64,000 nt of DNA from Acidimicrobiaceae bacterium (GCA_016845585.1 JAERSO010000149.1:42872-106871); one strand, 5' to 3'; shown: positions 8,373 through 22,558, numbered from the stretch's first letter. Translations and numbers: made by a program. Notes: generated by a model from the sequence alone, not told the origin.

Positions 8373-9815
8373 TCAAGAACTCTTGGTGGTGAGGAGTTGA
8401 GCGATGGCTCGACCGTCGGCCTGGCCCTTGGTGGCCTTCATGATCTGACCGGTGAAGAAGCCCTGCATCTTCTTGCGGTCACCGTCGTCGCCGCTCGTGA
8501 AACGCGCCCACTCGTCGGGGTTGTCGGCGATGAGTTGATCGACGAGACCTTCGAGTTCGTCACTCTCCATGGCCTCGAAGCCTCGCTCGGCTGCGATCGC
8601 CGCAGGATCCCCACCGGACTCGACGAGGTCGGCAAGGACCTGCTTGGCCTGCGTCGCCGTCAGCTGGCCACCGGTCTCCATGGTGATGAGCGCGGCCAAT
8701 GACGACGGCGTGAGGTTCGACCAGTCGTCAACGGCAACGTCGTTCTGCAGACGGGTGAGGACCTTGTCCGCGTCCGCGCCGGTTTCGATCGCGGCGAGCG
8801 CCAGGCCGTCCTGACCTCGTTCGACGACGGTGGACAGTACCTCCGCCGACACACTCGACAGTTCGCCGAGACGAGCACGTCGTGCCGCGGGCAGAACCGG
8901 CATCGCCGCATCGATCGCCGCGATGTCCTCGGCCGACGGCGACAGGGGAACCAGATCCGGCTCCTGGAAGTAGCGATAGTCGTCGGCGTCTTCCTTCGAA
9001 CGGCCGGGCGTCGACCGACCGCCGTCCTCGTCCCAATGACGGGTCTCCTGGCGGGGCGCCTCGCCATTGTCGTAGAGGTCGATGTGACGCCGAGCTTCGT
9101 ATTCGATGGCCCGACCGAGCGAGCGAACCGAGTTGATGTTCTTGATCTCGCAGCGGGTGCGCAGCTCGTCGGTGCCGACCGGCCGGACGGAAACGTTGGC
9201 GTCGACCCGCATCGAGCCCTCCTCCATCTTGGCGTCGCTGACCTCGATGGCGAGCAGGATGTCGCGCAGCTCACTCACGTAGGCCTTGGCGTGTTCGACA
9301 GTGCGGATGTCGGGCCGGCTCACGACCTCGACCAGCGGCACGCCGGCGCGGTTGTAGTCGACAAGCGAGAACATGGCGTCGTTGATCCGACCGCCACCGC
9401 CGACGTGGGTGGTCTTGCCGGCATCCTCTTCGATATGGGCACGCTCGATGCCGACCACGGCACCATCGCCGAGCACGAGCTCGCCATCGATGTTGGTCGG
9501 CTGGTCGTACTGGGTGGTCTGAAAGTCCTTCGCCATGTCGGGGTAGAAGTAGTTCTTGCGTGCCATCACGGAGGGGTGGACCTCACAGCCGAGCGCACGG
9601 CCGAGCATCATCGCGAACTCGACCGCCTTCGCGTTCATGACCGGTAGCGAGCCGGGAAGGCCGAGGCAGGTCGGGCACACATTCGTGTTGGGTTCGGTCG
9701 AGAACTCGTTGGCGCAGCCACAGAACAGCTTGGTCTGAGTGGCCAGTTCGACATGGACCTCGAGCCCGACCACGAGCTCCCACTCGTCGGGCAGCGTTGG
9801 TTCGTGAACGGTCAT
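8373..9815 (-). CDS. gatB: Asp-tRNA(Asn)/Glu-tRNA(Gln) amidotransferase subunit B
   Basis: Conserved GatB N-terminus [34 protein letters not shown]. The start was placed at the internal ATG (9815), which overlaps the gatA stop (ATGA). The track ORF runs on to 9986. Confidence 0.9.
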   Translation of the reverse strand: MTVHEPTLPDEWELVVGLEVHVELATQTKLFCGCANEFSTEPNTNVCPTCLGLPGSLPVMNAKAVEFAMMLGRALGCEVHPSVMARKNYFYPDMAKDFQTTQYDQPTNIDGELVLGDGAVVGIERAHIEEDAGKTTHVGGGGRINDAMFSLVDYNRAGVPLVEVVSRPDIRTVEHAKAYVSELRDILLAIEVSDAKMEEGSMRVDANVSVRPVGTDELRTRCEIKNINSVRSLGRAIEYEARRHIDLYDNGEAPRQETRHWDEDGGRSTPGRSKEDADDYRYFQEPDLVPLSPSAEDIAAIDAAMPVLPAARRARLGELSSVSAEVLSTVVERGQDGLALAAIETGADADKVLTRLQNDVAVDDWSNLTPSSLAALITMETGGQLTATQAKQVLADLVESGGDPAAIAAERGFEAMESDELEGLVDQLIADNPDEWARFTSGDDGDRKKMQGFFTGQIMKATKGQADGRAIAQLLTTKSS

Positions 9816-11260
9816 GAGGCACCTCCCCCACTCGCGGCGGCTTCCAGCACGGCGCCGACCTGGAAGGTCAAACCGTCGTGCAGCGCAGGAGCGAGCACCT
9901 GCACACCCACGGGCAGCCCGTCGTCGCCCACGCCGAACGGCACGGAGATGCCCGGGTGACCCGTGAGGTTCGAGGGAATCGTGCACACGTCGTTGACGTA
10001 CATGGTCATCGGGTCGGCCGAACGCTCACCGAACGGGAACGCCGTCGTCGGCGCCGTCGGGGTGATGAGCACGTCGACGTTCTCGTAGACGGAGGCGAAA
10101 TCCCGCAGCATCATCGTGCGGACCTTCAAGGCCTTGCCGTAGAAGGCGTCGTAGTAGCCGGCCGAGAGCGCGTAGGTACCGAGCATGATTCGACGCTTCA
10201 CCTCGGGGCCGAAGCCCGCGGTGCGCGTGGCCGTGTTCATCTCACCGGTTGTCGGCGCGTCCACGCGCATCCCGTAGCGCACCCCGTCATAGCGGGCGAG
10301 ATTGCTGGAGGCTTCGGCCGGGGCGACGATGTAGTAGGCGCTGAGACCGAGCGTTGCCGACGGGACTGACACCTCCGAGACCTGAGCACCAGCCGCGGTC
10401 AGCGCCTCGACCGCCTCGTTCGTGCGAGCGATCACATCCGCGGACAGGCCCTCGACCGAGCCTTCACCGCCCGACAGTTCACGCACGACACCGACCCGCA
10501 GACCCTCGACACCGCGGTCGAGATGAGCGACCGCATCGGGGGTGAAGTCGGGAATCGATGTCGAGTCGAGCGGGTCGTGGCCGGCGATCGCATCGAAGAG
10601 CATCGCCGCGTCGGCCACATCGTTGGCGAACGGGCCGAACTGGTCGAGCGACGAACCGAACGCGATCATGCCGTACCGGCTGACGGCACCGTACGTCGGC
10701 TTCATGCCGACGATGCCACAGAACGCGGCCGGCTGACGGATCGACCCACCGGTGTCGGACCCGATTGCCAGCGGGGCGAAATCGGCAGCCACCGCCGCAG
10801 CTGACCCGCCGCTGGACCCACCGGGGACCCGGCCTGTGTCGAGCGGGTTGCGGGTGGGACCGAAGGCGGAGTTCTCGGTCGACGAACCCATGGCGAACTC
10901 GTCGAGGTTCGTCTTCCCGACGAAGACGGCGCCGGCGTCAGCCAAACGATCGACAACGGTGGCGTTGTAGGGCGGGCGCCAGCCTTCGAGAATCCTGGAG
11001 GAGCACGTGGTGGGGATGCCCCGCGTGCACATGTTGTCCTTCAGCGCCAACGGCACGCCGGCCAGTGGGCCGACGGGTTCACCGGCCGCGACGGCGGCGT
11101 CGACGGCTTCAGCCTGGGAGCGCGCCGCGTCCTCGGTCACGAGGTTGAAGGCGTGGATCTGCGCTTCTCGTTGCCCCACCCGAGCGAGGTGCTCGTCGAG
11201 CACGGACACGGCGGACTGTTCGCCGGCGGCGACGGCTGCGGCGATTGACCGGGCGCTCAC
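9812..11260 (-). CDS. gatA: Glutamyl-tRNA(Gln) amidotransferase subunit A (amidase signature family)
   Basis: 482 aa with the amidase signature [13 protein letters not shown] and the Ser-cisSer-Lys triad region. Confidence 0.9.
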   Translation of the reverse strand: MSARSIAAAVAAGEQSAVSVLDEHLARVGQREAQIHAFNLVTEDAARSQAEAVDAAVAAGEPVGPLAGVPLALKDNMCTRGIPTTCSSRILEGWRPPYNATVVDRLADAGAVFVGKTNLDEFAMGSSTENSAFGPTRNPLDTGRVPGGSSGGSAAAVAADFAPLAIGSDTGGSIRQPAAFCGIVGMKPTYGAVSRYGMIAFGSSLDQFGPFANDVADAAMLFDAIAGHDPLDSTSIPDFTPDAVAHLDRGVEGLRVGVVRELSGGEGSVEGLSADVIARTNEAVEALTAAGAQVSEVSVPSATLGLSAYYIVAPAEASSNLARYDGVRYGMRVDAPTTGEMNTATRTAGFGPEVKRRIMLGTYALSAGYYDAFYGKALKVRTMMLRDFASVYENVDVLITPTAPTTAFPFGERSADPMTMYVNDVCTIPSNLTGHPGISVPFGVGDDGLPVGVQVLAPALHDGLTFQVGAVLEAAASGGGAS

Positions 11261-11559
11261 AGCTCCTCCCCCAGAATCGGTGGGACCCGAAACTGCCCGT
11301 CCTGCTCGGCCGGAGCGGCGGCGAGCACCTCGGAGCGATCGAGCGACGGGCGACGTTCGTCGGCGCGCAGCACATTCACCATCGGCAGCGGATGTGACGT
11401 GGGTTCGATGTCGCCCACGTCGAGGGCTTCGATGTCGGCGGCGTGGTCGAGGATGTCGCTCATCTGGTGGGCGAACTCGTCGATCTCGGTGTCGCTCAGC
11501 TCCAGCCGGGCGAGTCGAGCGACGTGGATGACCTCGTCACGGGTGATGCGTTCGGACAT
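11257..11559 (-). CDS. gatC: Glutamyl-tRNA(Gln) amidotransferase subunit C
   Basis: 100 aa, [26 protein letters not shown]... Stop/start overlap with gatA. Confidence 0.85.
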   Translation of the reverse strand: MSERITRDEVIHVARLARLELSDTEIDEFAHQMSDILDHAADIEALDVGDIEPTSHPLPMVNVLRADERRPSLDRSEVLAAAPAEQDGQFRVPPILGEEL

Positions 11560-11600
11560 GGCGTCAAAGGATACGACGACGACCGGTCTACGCTGCGCCC

Positions 11601-12041
11601 GTGACCGCTCACCCTTTCCTCAGCCCCGAATGGATCACCGCGATGCGTGAGATCCGTGCCGACTTCGCTGATGTCGAGGACGAACCCGAGATGCAACTCG
11701 CCGCCAACGTCACCGTCACCAACCCGCCGTTCGGCGACGGAGCGATCCAAGGGCACATCGACTCGAGTGGACCCACGCTGATGATCGAGGAAGGACATCT
11801 CGACAATCCCGAGTTCTCCCTCGAGGTCGGCTACGAACTCGCCCACCAGCTCTTCGTCCAGCGCGACCCCGCCGCGGTGATGCCGGCGATCTTCGCGGGG
11901 CAGATCAAACTCACCGGCGACAGCTCAAAGGTGCTGATGCTCGCCGGACAGATGGCGCCGCCCCCGGAGGACGACCCCCGCCGCGATCAGCTGCGCCAGA
12001 TCATCGCCCGAGTCGACGAGATCACCGCGTTGGCCTTGTAA
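11601..12041 (+). CDS. SCP2 sterol-carrier-like domain protein
   Basis: 146 aa. C-terminal SCP2 signature (FAGQIKLTGDSSKVLML). Confidence 0.65.
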   Translation: MTAHPFLSPEWITAMREIRADFADVEDEPEMQLAANVTVTNPPFGDGAIQGHIDSSGPTLMIEEGHLDNPEFSLEVGYELAHQLFVQRDPAAVMPAIFAGQIKLTGDSSKVLMLAGQMAPPPEDDPRRDQLRQIIARVDEITALAL

Positions 12042-12068
12042 AGCTGGGGTCTGTCCCCAGTGTTACTT
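12041..12068. repeat. Intergenic palindromic repeat element, copy 3 (truncated: AAAGC-TGGGGTCTGTCCCCAGTGTT)
   Basis: Shares a 19-nt identical core (TGGGGTCTGTCCCCAGTGT) with the element at 27205-27243. Sits directly after the TAA stop of the SCP2 gene. Confidence 0.6.
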
Positions 12069-12071
12069 GAC

Positions 12072-13925
12072 TCACCCGCCGTTGAGTTGGGTGGCGATGA
12101 CGATGCTGATGCCGGGGAGGTGGAGTTCACCGGCGGGTGGGTCGGTGGCGAGCACGGGAAGCGACGGGTCGCCCTGGACACCCGACACGGCGAAACCGGC
12201 GTCGCGCAGAATTGCGGTGGCTTCGTCCACGTCGAGGCCGATCACGGCCGGAATCGGTCTCGGCGCCGGACCGTCGGAGAGGACGATCGTGACATTGGCC
12301 CCGGCATCGACGAAGGCGCCCACACTGGGCTCGAACCGGATCACGAGCCCCTCGGGTACATCGTCGGAGAACTCGCTCGTGCGGTTCGGTGTCAGACGGG
12401 AATCTGCGAGGACGAGTTCGGCATCATCGGGGTCGAGAGACTCGGGGATGCCCGGCACGGCGCGCATGGCGGGGCCGGTCGAGACCCGGAGATCGATCGG
12501 CGTACCGGGGGCCAACTCGATCACCCCGGTGGGAACGAGCGCCTCGATGACATACCCGGCCAGGATCTCCTCATGGGCTTCCTCCTTGATGCTGCCCACC
12601 GTCAAGCCCAACCCCTCGAGACGATCGCGGGCGTCGCCGACGGGGAGCCCATCGACCTCGGGGATCCCGACCAACGGCTCACCCAGCGAGACGTGCACGA
12701 CGACGAGGTCGCCCTCCGCCAGCTCGACACCTGCGGCGGGGTCCGTCTCCAGGACCTCGCCCGCGCTCGACCCGGCCGCTCTGCGGTCGCGGAACTCCGG
12801 AACGAGCGCGAGATCCCCCAGCGCCTCGGTGGCCTGTACCTGCGTCTCGCCGGCGAGGTCGGGGAGCTGGTGCATGACCGGTTGATTGCGATCCCACGCC
12901 ATGTAGCCGCCGATGACCGCGGCGATCAGCACGAGCGCACCGAGAATCGCCCAGGGCCAACGCGGCCCGGGATCGTCGTTGTCGGTGTCGGGTGCGATGA
13001 CGCGGATCGAGGCCTCATGCAGCGTGCCGTGCTGCGTCGAATCGATGTCGGCCTCGACGCCGACCAACGGGCCGATGAGCGGCAGCGGTGTCGGGCGGGC
13101 GAGATCAGTGGCTGATGCCATCAATGATGCGGCGAGCTCACCGGCCGACGGACGCTCCTCCGGATCGAGGGCACCGCACCTGCGCAGGACACCCTGCATC
13201 GGGCCGAGCGACACATCGGGCTCGAACGGAGTGTCGGCTCTGGCCATGAGCGTGGCGATCGCCGTGTCGCCCACGAACGGCACCTCGCCGGTGACCGCCT
13301 CGTTGATCGAGAGCGCCAGCGCGTAGACATCGGCGGCCGGCCCCACCCGTTCACCCCGGGCCTGCTCGGGAGCGGCATACCGAGCGGTGCCGACCATCGA
13401 GCCGTCCTGATCGGTGAGACCAGCCTCGGCGATGGCGCGGGCCAAGCCGAAATCGGCGATCCGAAGCCGTCCCGACTCGTCGTACACCAGGTTCGCCGGC
13501 TTGATGTCGCGGTGGATCAGGTCGCGGCCGTGGGCGTAGTCGAGGCCGCGCGCCGCCTCGAGGCCGGTGAGCAACGCCTGCGACGGCGTGAGCCGCTCCC
13601 CCGCGTCGAGCATCCCGCGAAGGCTCCCGCCGCCCAGATACTCCGTGACCAGGTACGGCACATCGTCGTGACCCCAGTCGTAGACGCCCAGCACGTGGGG
13701 GTTGTTCAGCGATGCCGCGGTCTGGGCCTCGGCCCGGAAGCGGCGCAGAAACGCGTCGTCCTCCGACAGTCCGTCGTGAAGGACTTTGACAGCCACCCGA
13801 CGACGCAACGTGACGTCGTCAGCGAGATAGACCCACGCCGAAGCGCCGCGACCGATCGGCGCGACCAATCGATAGCGGCCTCCGAGAACGCGACCGATGT
13901 CACCGTCGAGGAATGCCCGTGTCAT
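12072..13925 (-). CDS. Ser/Thr protein kinase with four C-terminal PASTA domains (PknB-like)
   Basis: Hanks kinase motifs are present (GRGASAWVY, VAVK, HRDIKPANL, DFG, APE), followed by a TM helix and repeated PASTA modules. Start placed at the internal ATG (MTRAFLDGD...), 97 codons downstream of the track ORF start. Confidence 0.85.
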   Translation of the reverse strand: MTRAFLDGDIGRVLGGRYRLVAPIGRGASAWVYLADDVTLRRRVAVKVLHDGLSEDDAFLRRFRAEAQTAASLNNPHVLGVYDWGHDDVPYLVTEYLGGGSLRGMLDAGERLTPSQALLTGLEAARGLDYAHGRDLIHRDIKPANLVYDESGRLRIADFGLARAIAEAGLTDQDGSMVGTARYAAPEQARGERVGPAADVYALALSINEAVTGEVPFVGDTAIATLMARADTPFEPDVSLGPMQGVLRRCGALDPEERPSAGELAASLMASATDLARPTPLPLIGPLVGVEADIDSTQHGTLHEASIRVIAPDTDNDDPGPRWPWAILGALVLIAAVIGGYMAWDRNQPVMHQLPDLAGETQVQATEALGDLALVPEFRDRRAAGSSAGEVLETDPAAGVELAEGDLVVVHVSLGEPLVGIPEVDGLPVGDARDRLEGLGLTVGSIKEEAHEEILAGYVIEALVPTGVIELAPGTPIDLRVSTGPAMRAVPGIPESLDPDDAELVLADSRLTPNRTSEFSDDVPEGLVIRFEPSVGAFVDAGANVTIVLSDGPAPRPIPAVIGLDVDEATAILRDAGFAVSGVQGDPSLPVLATDPPAGELHLPGISIVIATQLNGG

Positions 13926-14045
13926 TGGCGCCACCGTACTGTCGCCATGACTACAGAGGGTGGCTCCCCGACCCCATGACCCGGGTGCGGAACCAGTCGA
14001 CTGTCCGACCGACGATATTGCCCTCGGCTCTGGCAGGATCAATGG

Positions 14046-14477
14046 GTGCCACGCCGCCAGAAACTGATCTTTGCCACCTTCATGTTCGTCGGTCTCGGCT
14101 TCTTCGTCGTCGCCGGAGTGATCGGCGGCAACGGGAGCAGGGACGACATCTCGGTGGTCAACAATCCCGCGGTCGACGGCCTCATACCCGGTCGCGGCGA
14201 CGAGGTCCTCCAGCAACAGACCGTCGGCATCGACCTCGCCGCCGAGTACCGCCTCGTGGAGCTCACGATCTCACCTGACGCACGCTGCAGCGCCCCAGTC
14301 GACGTCACCCAGTTCACCCGCCATGTCGAGGGCCTCCAGCAGTACCTCTTCGCCCCTGCCCCGGGCACCCCGATCGAAGCGCTCGCCGGCGAGTTCAACT
14401 GTGCTCGTGCCGTCTTCGAGGAGATCGCCCGGCCCGGGGAGTTCGAAGAGATCGACTGGTCGTTCACCGTCAACTGA
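14046..14477 (+). CDS. Hypothetical small membrane-anchored protein
   Basis: 143 aa, with an N-terminal TM helix (LIFATFMFVGLGFFVVAGVIGG). GTG start. Divergent from the kinase gene. Confidence 0.45.
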   Translation: MPRRQKLIFATFMFVGLGFFVVAGVIGGNGSRDDISVVNNPAVDGLIPGRGDEVLQQQTVGIDLAAEYRLVELTISPDARCSAPVDVTQFTRHVEGLQQYLFAPAPGTPIEALAGEFNCARAVFEEIARPGEFEEIDWSFTVN

Positions 14478-14491
14478 CCGGCGTCAGACCG

Positions 14492-17462
<2,971 letters not shown>

Positions 17463-18503
17463 TCAGGCCGGTTGACGGCCGGCGGTCCCGCCACCCACGA
17501 CGAGATCGTCGGCGTAGGCGACCACGCTCTGCCCGGCGGCGATCCGGCGGTGCGGTTCCGCCCACACGATCTCTTCACCGACGACGCGACCCGTCGCTGG
17601 TCGCCCGTGCGCCGAACACTGGATCTCGAGTGGGCCGGTGAACGTGCCGCCGACCCAATCCCAGGACTCGAGCGGCGTGACTGCGACGGCGAGGTCGGGT
17701 TTCTCGCCGACCATCACCCTGGCGGACGGGGCATCGACATCGATCACGTACTTGGGAGCCGTGCCGCCCGGGAGACCCAGGCCTTTGCGCTGACCGATCG
17801 TCACCATCTCGATCGACGGGACTTCGCCGATCTCCTCGCCGGACCGATCCACCACCACGCCTCGCCGCAGCGGGATCCGGTCACCGAGGAATGTCTCACG
17901 TCCGTGTTCGTTGGTGATGAAGCACACATCCTGACTCTCCGCTTTGTTCGCAGTGCGCAGGTCGAGATCGGCTGCGATCGAACGCACATCGGCCTTGGTC
18001 ATGTGCCCGAGGGGGAGAAGGAGCCGACGAAGCACTGCTTTGTCGAGCACATGGAGGACGTAGGACTGATCCTTCGCCGAGTCGGCGCCTCGGCCCAGCC
18101 GCGGCCCACCCGGTGTGTCGACGACCTGGGCATGGTGTCCGGTGGCGAGCAGCTCGAACCCGAGTGCGTCGGCACGACGTAGCAGTCGGTCGAACTTCAG
18201 ATGTCGATTGCACTCGATACAAGGGTTCGGGGTTCGGCCGGCGGCGTGGTCCGCGACGTACGGGGCGACGACATCTCGTTCGAAGTCCTCACCGAAGTTG
18301 AAGACGTGATGCTCGATGCCGAGGCGATCGGCGACGCGACGCGCGTCGTCGACATCGCTCACCGCACAACAACCGGTGTCGGACGGGCCACCCCAGAGTT
18401 TCATCGTCACGCCGACGACCTCGTGCCCTGCGTCCAGAAGGAGCGCGGCCGCCACCGAGGAGTCGACGCCGCCGGACATGGCGACCATCACCGGTGTCGA
18501 CAT
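17463..18503 (-). CDS. mnmA: tRNA-specific 2-thiouridylase
   Basis: PP-loop SGGVDSS and the conserved CCA..D and NPCIECN blocks. Start at MSTPVMVAMSGG, overlapping the stop of the upstream desulfurase (TGATG). Confidence 0.88.
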   Translation of the reverse strand: MSTPVMVAMSGGVDSSVAAALLLDAGHEVVGVTMKLWGGPSDTGCCAVSDVDDARRVADRLGIEHHVFNFGEDFERDVVAPYVADHAAGRTPNPCIECNRHLKFDRLLRRADALGFELLATGHHAQVVDTPGGPRLGRGADSAKDQSYVLHVLDKAVLRRLLLPLGHMTKADVRSIAADLDLRTANKAESQDVCFITNEHGRETFLGDRIPLRRGVVVDRSGEEIGEVPSIEMVTIGQRKGLGLPGGTAPKYVIDVDAPSARVMVGEKPDLAVAVTPLESWDWVGGTFTGPLEIQCSAHGRPATGRVVGEEIVWAEPHRRIAAGQSVVAYADDLVVGGGTAGRQPA

Positions 18504-19657
18504 CAACCGCCCCCGCGGGACAGCAGGCGTTCGACGGCGGGAGGGATGATCGCGAGCGCAGCCGAGATGTCGGCTTCGGTTGTGGTGTGTCCGAGCGAGA
18601 GGCGAAGTGAACCCTGCGCGACCTCCCGAGGCACACCCATCGCCGCCAGGACATGTGAGGGGTCCTGGGCACCACTGGAGCAGGAGGATGCCGCCGATGC
18701 ACGGAGACCTTCCTGATCGAGCAGGAAGAGGAGCGCCTCGGCTTCGATGGCGGGGAAACAAACGTGGGCGATCCCGGCCGCGACCGGCGCACCATGACCG
18801 AGGACCGTGGTGGTGACGTGATCCTCGAGCGCATTGCGCAACCCCGCGACCAGCTCGTCACGCAGGCTGCCGAGCCGCCCGACCTCGTCCGTGCGCCGAT
18901 CGCGGGTGGCGGTCACCGCCGCCGCGAACGCGGCCGCACCGGCGACATCTGGGGTGCCGGCACGACGGCCTCGCTCCTGCCCACCGCCGAGGAGGAGCGG
19001 GTCGAGCTCGATACCGGCTCGCACGAACAAGGCGCCGGTGCCGACGGGGCCACCGAGCTTGTGACCGGTGATCGAGATGAGGTCGAAGTCGGCAGCCTCG
19101 TTCGCCACGTCGATCCAGCCACCGGCCTGCACCGCGTCGGTGTGAAGCAGCGCGTCGGGCTTCACCCTGTGAACTGCGGCCGCCAGAGCAGGGAGGTCAT
19201 TGACCGCCCCGGTCTCGTTGTTCACGGCGATCATCGACACGATCGAGACATCGCCGAGTCCGGACAGAACATCGGAGAGCGTGTCGGGATCGACCCGTCC
19301 ATCGCTGCTGAGCCTGACCGCGACCCCGTCGGCATACTCGACCGGTTCCAGCACGGCGTGGTGCTCGCCGGCGGAGCACACGGCCACGCCTCCGCGGGAA
19401 CGAAGCACCCCGCGGATCGCGAGATTGTCAGCTTCGCTTCCGCCGCTGGTGAAGACGACCTCGGCCGGCGGTCGTCCGTACGCCTCAGCGATCAGATCAC
19501 GCGCGTCATCGAGCGTCCGACGCGCATCGCGTGCGGCCCGGTGGGAACCGGTCGGGTTCGCGTGGTGCTTCTCCGATGCCGACAGCCATGCGTCGCGCGC
19601 CTCTGGTCGCACGGGTGTGCTGGCGGCATGGTCGAGGTAGATCTCACGGTCTGACAC
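18503..19657 (-). CDS. iscS: Cysteine desulfurase (class V aminotransferase, IscS/NifS-like)
   Basis: 384 aa. PLP-lysine region SITGHKLGGP and C-terminal catalytic Cys loop SSCSSG. Gene order iscS-mnmA as in mycobacteria. Confidence 0.85.
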   Translation of the reverse strand: MSDREIYLDHAASTPVRPEARDAWLSASEKHHANPTGSHRAARDARRTLDDARDLIAEAYGRPPAEVVFTSGGSEADNLAIRGVLRSRGGVAVCSAGEHHAVLEPVEYADGVAVRLSSDGRVDPDTLSDVLSGLGDVSIVSMIAVNNETGAVNDLPALAAAVHRVKPDALLHTDAVQAGGWIDVANEAADFDLISITGHKLGGPVGTGALFVRAGIELDPLLLGGGQERGRRAGTPDVAGAAAFAAAVTATRDRRTDEVGRLGSLRDELVAGLRNALEDHVTTTVLGHGAPVAAGIAHVCFPAIEAEALLFLLDQEGLRASAASSCSSGAQDPSHVLAAMGVPREVAQGSLRLSLGHTTTEADISAALAIIPPAVERLLSRGGG

Positions 19658-19699
19658 ATCCTCAGGCTACGCGCCCACGGGGCCGAGCCGTCAGGGTCC

Positions 19700-20632
19700 T
19701 CAGCCCTCTTGCCCACCCTCACCACGTTTGCCATCGACGCCGCCGCCTTCCATCCGACCGAGCACACTCGGGGGCGAGTGCCTCGGCCCCGGTGGTGGCT
19801 GCGACGGAGGAGGCAGTGGCCGGTCTCGCCGGGCGTTCGCTCGCGGTGGGGGCAGAGCTGCACGCTCCTCGGCTGACGCCCGTGCCTGCGATGAAACGGC
19901 CACACATGCCAGCCATGTCTCCGGGTGCATCTCGGCGGGTCGCACGATGCGCAGCGAGTCAGCGACCCTGTCGGCGAGGTCGGCGGCGATGCTGGCGCGC
20001 GATGCCGGGCTGAGCGTGCCGGCGCGGACGAGGAACGACCGGATGAGGGCCGACTGTTCGTGGCGCAACGAGCTCGTGTCGATCCCGGCGATCACCTCAT
20101 CAGCGCCGGCGGGTCGCTGCACTCGGATCTCGCGTTCGTCGCGTTCCAGGCTGTTGCGCCGATCGCGCACCACATACGTGCCGGCCGCGAGATCACCGAG
20201 CCGTTGGCCTTCCGGACTCGACAGCGCGGTGAGGATCGCGGCCCCTCCCAGCGTGGCGAAGATGTCGACCAGCTGCATCATCGATCGGATCGAGGCGTGC
20301 CGCAGACGCACCGAGGCGCCTTCCGTCGTGATCACACGCAGCCCCATGGCGGACTTGCCCAGCGTCCGGCCCTGCCAGCGGACTTCGAAGAACACCGGGT
20401 ACAAGAAGATCGCACTGAATCCGATCAGCATCCCGACCACGACGCCGACGGTCGGCGAGACCGCGGCAGCCGCCACGACGATGAAGTTTCCGAAGAACAG
20501 CATGATCCCGCCCAGCGCGAGGAGATCGATGATCCGCGCCAACGCACGAGACGTGATCCCCGCCCGCTCATAGTCGAGCAGCACACCCTCCGGCGTAGCG
20601 ATCCCGCTCTCCCGCCACAGCATCGACTGCGC
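19700..20632 (-). CDS. RDD family membrane protein
   Basis: Two TM helices with the characteristic R-D-D motif context (GTYVVRDRR), followed by a long Pro/Arg-rich tail. Start approximate (MLWRESG). The remaining ~255 N-terminal codons of the track ORF are antisense to the SpoIIM-like gene and are rejected. Confidence 0.6.
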   Translation of the reverse strand, partial: AQSMLWRESGIATPEGVLLDYERAGITSRALARIIDLLALGGIMLFFGNFIVVAAAAVSPTVGVVVGMLIGFSAIFLYPVFFEVRWQGRTLGKSAMGLRVITTEGASVRLRHASIRSMMQLVDIFATLGGAAILTALSSPEGQRLGDLAAGTYVVRDRRNSLERDEREIRVQRPAGADEVIAGIDTSSLRHEQSALIRSFLVRAGTLSPASRASIAADLADRVADSLRIVRPAEMHPETWLACVAVSSQARASAEERAALPPPRANARRDRPLPPPSQPPPGPRHSPPSVLGRMEGGGVDGKRGEGGQEG

Positions 20633-20677
20633 GCCATTGCTCCCCACCGCGGTCACAGTACGTAACCTAGGCCGCTC

Positions 20678-21634
20678 GTGGACATCGATCGCTTCATCAG
20701 GCAGAACGAGCCATCCTGGCGTGAACTCGAACAACTCTGCATGCGTGTCCGGACGCGCAAGGCCGTGCCCGGCAATGACATCGAACGTGCACTCGGCCTC
20801 TACCGCAAGACGTCGACCGACCTGAGCTACGCACGCACCTTGTATGGCGATGTTCCGCTCACCCGCCGGCTGACCACGATCGTCGGTGAGGCCCGCGCCA
20901 CGGTCTACGGCGCCGAGGACCGCACCACGAGCGTGATCCGCGACTTCTTCGCCCGCGAGTTCCCCGTGGCCGTCTGGTCCGGGCGTGGCTTCATCGCCAT
21001 CGCTGCGATCCTCCTGTTCACTCCCGCGATCTATGTGGCGGTGTGGGTGTCGACCTCGGCCACCGCGCTGGATACCGTGGGGCCCGAGGCCGAGCTCGCC
21101 GCCTACGTCGACGACGACTTCGAGTCGTACTACTCGTCGGAGCCGGCGGCGGAGTTCTCCACCGCGGTGCTCGTCAACAACATCCAGGTGTCGTTTCTCG
21201 CCTACGCCCTCGGGATTTTCGCCACGCTGGGCACCGTGGTCGTCTTGGTGTTCAACGGGGTTTTCGTGGGCGAAGCCGCCGGCATCTTCCACGCCGCTGG
21301 TGAACCGGGTCGCTTCTGGGGTCTGATCCTTCCCCACGGCATGCTCGAACTGACGGCCGTTTGTGTGGCCGGTGGAGCGGGCCTCCAACTCGGCTGGGCA
21401 TTGATCAGCCCGGGTGATCGATCCCGAACCGAAGCCATCGCCGCCGAGGGGCGCAGCTCAGTGGCAATCCTGCTCGGCCTGACGCTGGTCTTCATCGTGG
21501 CGGGGATCATCGAGGGGTTCGTCACCCCGTCCGCACTCCCCACGGCCTCCCGCATCCTGATCGGGGCCCTCGCCGAGGTCGCATTCCTCGGCTACGTGAC
21601 TCACTTCGGACTCAGAGCCGACCGGACGATTTGA
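20678..21634 (+). CDS. Stage II sporulation protein M-like (DUF95) integral membrane protein
   Basis: 318 aa, polytopic, with the conserved GIxxHGxxEL block (ILPHGMLELTAVCVAGGAG). Classically found adjacent to RDD and DUF58/MoxR genes in Actinobacteria. Confidence 0.65.
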   Translation: MDIDRFIRQNEPSWRELEQLCMRVRTRKAVPGNDIERALGLYRKTSTDLSYARTLYGDVPLTRRLTTIVGEARATVYGAEDRTTSVIRDFFAREFPVAVWSGRGFIAIAAILLFTPAIYVAVWVSTSATALDTVGPEAELAAYVDDDFESYYSSEPAAEFSTAVLVNNIQVSFLAYALGIFATLGTVVVLVFNGVFVGEAAGIFHAAGEPGRFWGLILPHGMLELTAVCVAGGAGLQLGWALISPGDRSRTEAIAAEGRSSVAILLGLTLVFIVAGIIEGFVTPSALPTASRILIGALAEVAFLGYVTHFGLRADRTI

Positions 21635-22532
21635 TCCTCAGGTAAGCGTCGCAGAGTCGAGCCGCAAGCTGATCGGGCGGGGCATCGACGAGGACCACGC
21701 CGGCCGCCTTCAATCGCTCGCCGGCCGCGCGCCGCTCGGTCAGCTCGGCCACGGCCGCCGCTCGGCGCCGAGCGGCATCACCCGTCGTGACCGGATCGGT
21801 GCTCCATCGCTCGATCTGCGGATCGCGGACCGTCGCGACGAGCACGACATGCGACCGGGTGATCAATGGGAGGGCCGGAAGCAGCGCACGATCGATGACA
21901 TCACCGACCAACTCCGTGTGCACGACGAAGAGGGATCGGCGACGAAAGCGGGCCAGCGTGGCGGCGAACGCCCCGACATAGTCCGACTCGATGAGAGCCG
22001 GCTCGACGGCGAACATGGAGTCCGTCACCCGCCTCAGCTGGGTGGAACCGCTCGCCGCACCGACCGCAGTGTGGACGGACCGGTCGAAAACGGCCAGGCC
22101 GCACCGGTCCCCGAGCCCCGTGGACAGCGAGGTGAGGGCCATGACGGCATCCATGCCGTGCTCGAGACGCGGTACACCGTCGACCAGACCCGCCATGACA
22201 CGGCCCGAGTCGAGCAGATTGATGACGGTCTGGTTCCGCTCGGCTCGATAGGTGCGAAGGATGGGCCGGCCGCCGCGCTCGCGGCCAGCGCGCTGAGCGG
22301 GATCGAGAACACCGCGGCGAGGCTCAGGATCAGGGCGGGCCGAATCCGGACGACGGCAAAGCCGCTGTCGATCACCTCGACGACCGACTGGGGCCGAAAC
22401 GGCAACGGCCGCGGCTTCGCCATGGCTCCGAGTGCGCCCGGCGATGGCACATCCACGATCGGAGTGTGCGGTGGGGGCGCGGGCTGGGTCGCGCCTGTCC
22501 CTGGAGCCGCCCAGTCCGGAGTCACCGCCTCG
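21612..22532 (-). pseudogene. DUF58 family protein (vWA-like partner of MoxR ATPases), apparently degraded
   Basis: The C-terminal 194 codons (ATG at 22196) closely resemble the mycobacterial DUF58 protein Rv1480 (ESDYVGAFAATLARFRRRSLFVV..., DAYLRIKSSGRL). Upstream, the same frame continues DUF58-like (ILRTYRAERNQTVINLLDSGRVM) for ~112 codons to a TGA at 22533-22535, with no ATG/GTG/TTG start. The DPRRIDW motif has decayed to EPRRGVLD. A second frame (ATG 22423) encodes only a TM-like N-terminus. No MoxR gene is nearby. Confidence 0.45.
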
Positions 22533-22558
22533 TCATGCAACACCGGCACACTAGGACA

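Noticed and set aside
9816-9986. 57-codon N-terminal extension of the gatB ORF, and similar extensions on ligA (116 codons) and the kinase (97 codons)
   Set aside because: The conserved protein N-termini start at internal ATGs that also give stop/start overlaps with the upstream genes. The extensions are Arg/Gly-rich and overlap neighbouring genes.
20633-21388. N-terminal ~255 aa of the 562-aa minus-strand ORF 19700-21388
   Set aside because: Only the C-terminal ~307 aa (RDD-family protein) look real. The upstream part is antisense to the SpoIIM-like membrane protein, which has a convincing TM profile, and translates to charged low-complexity sequence.
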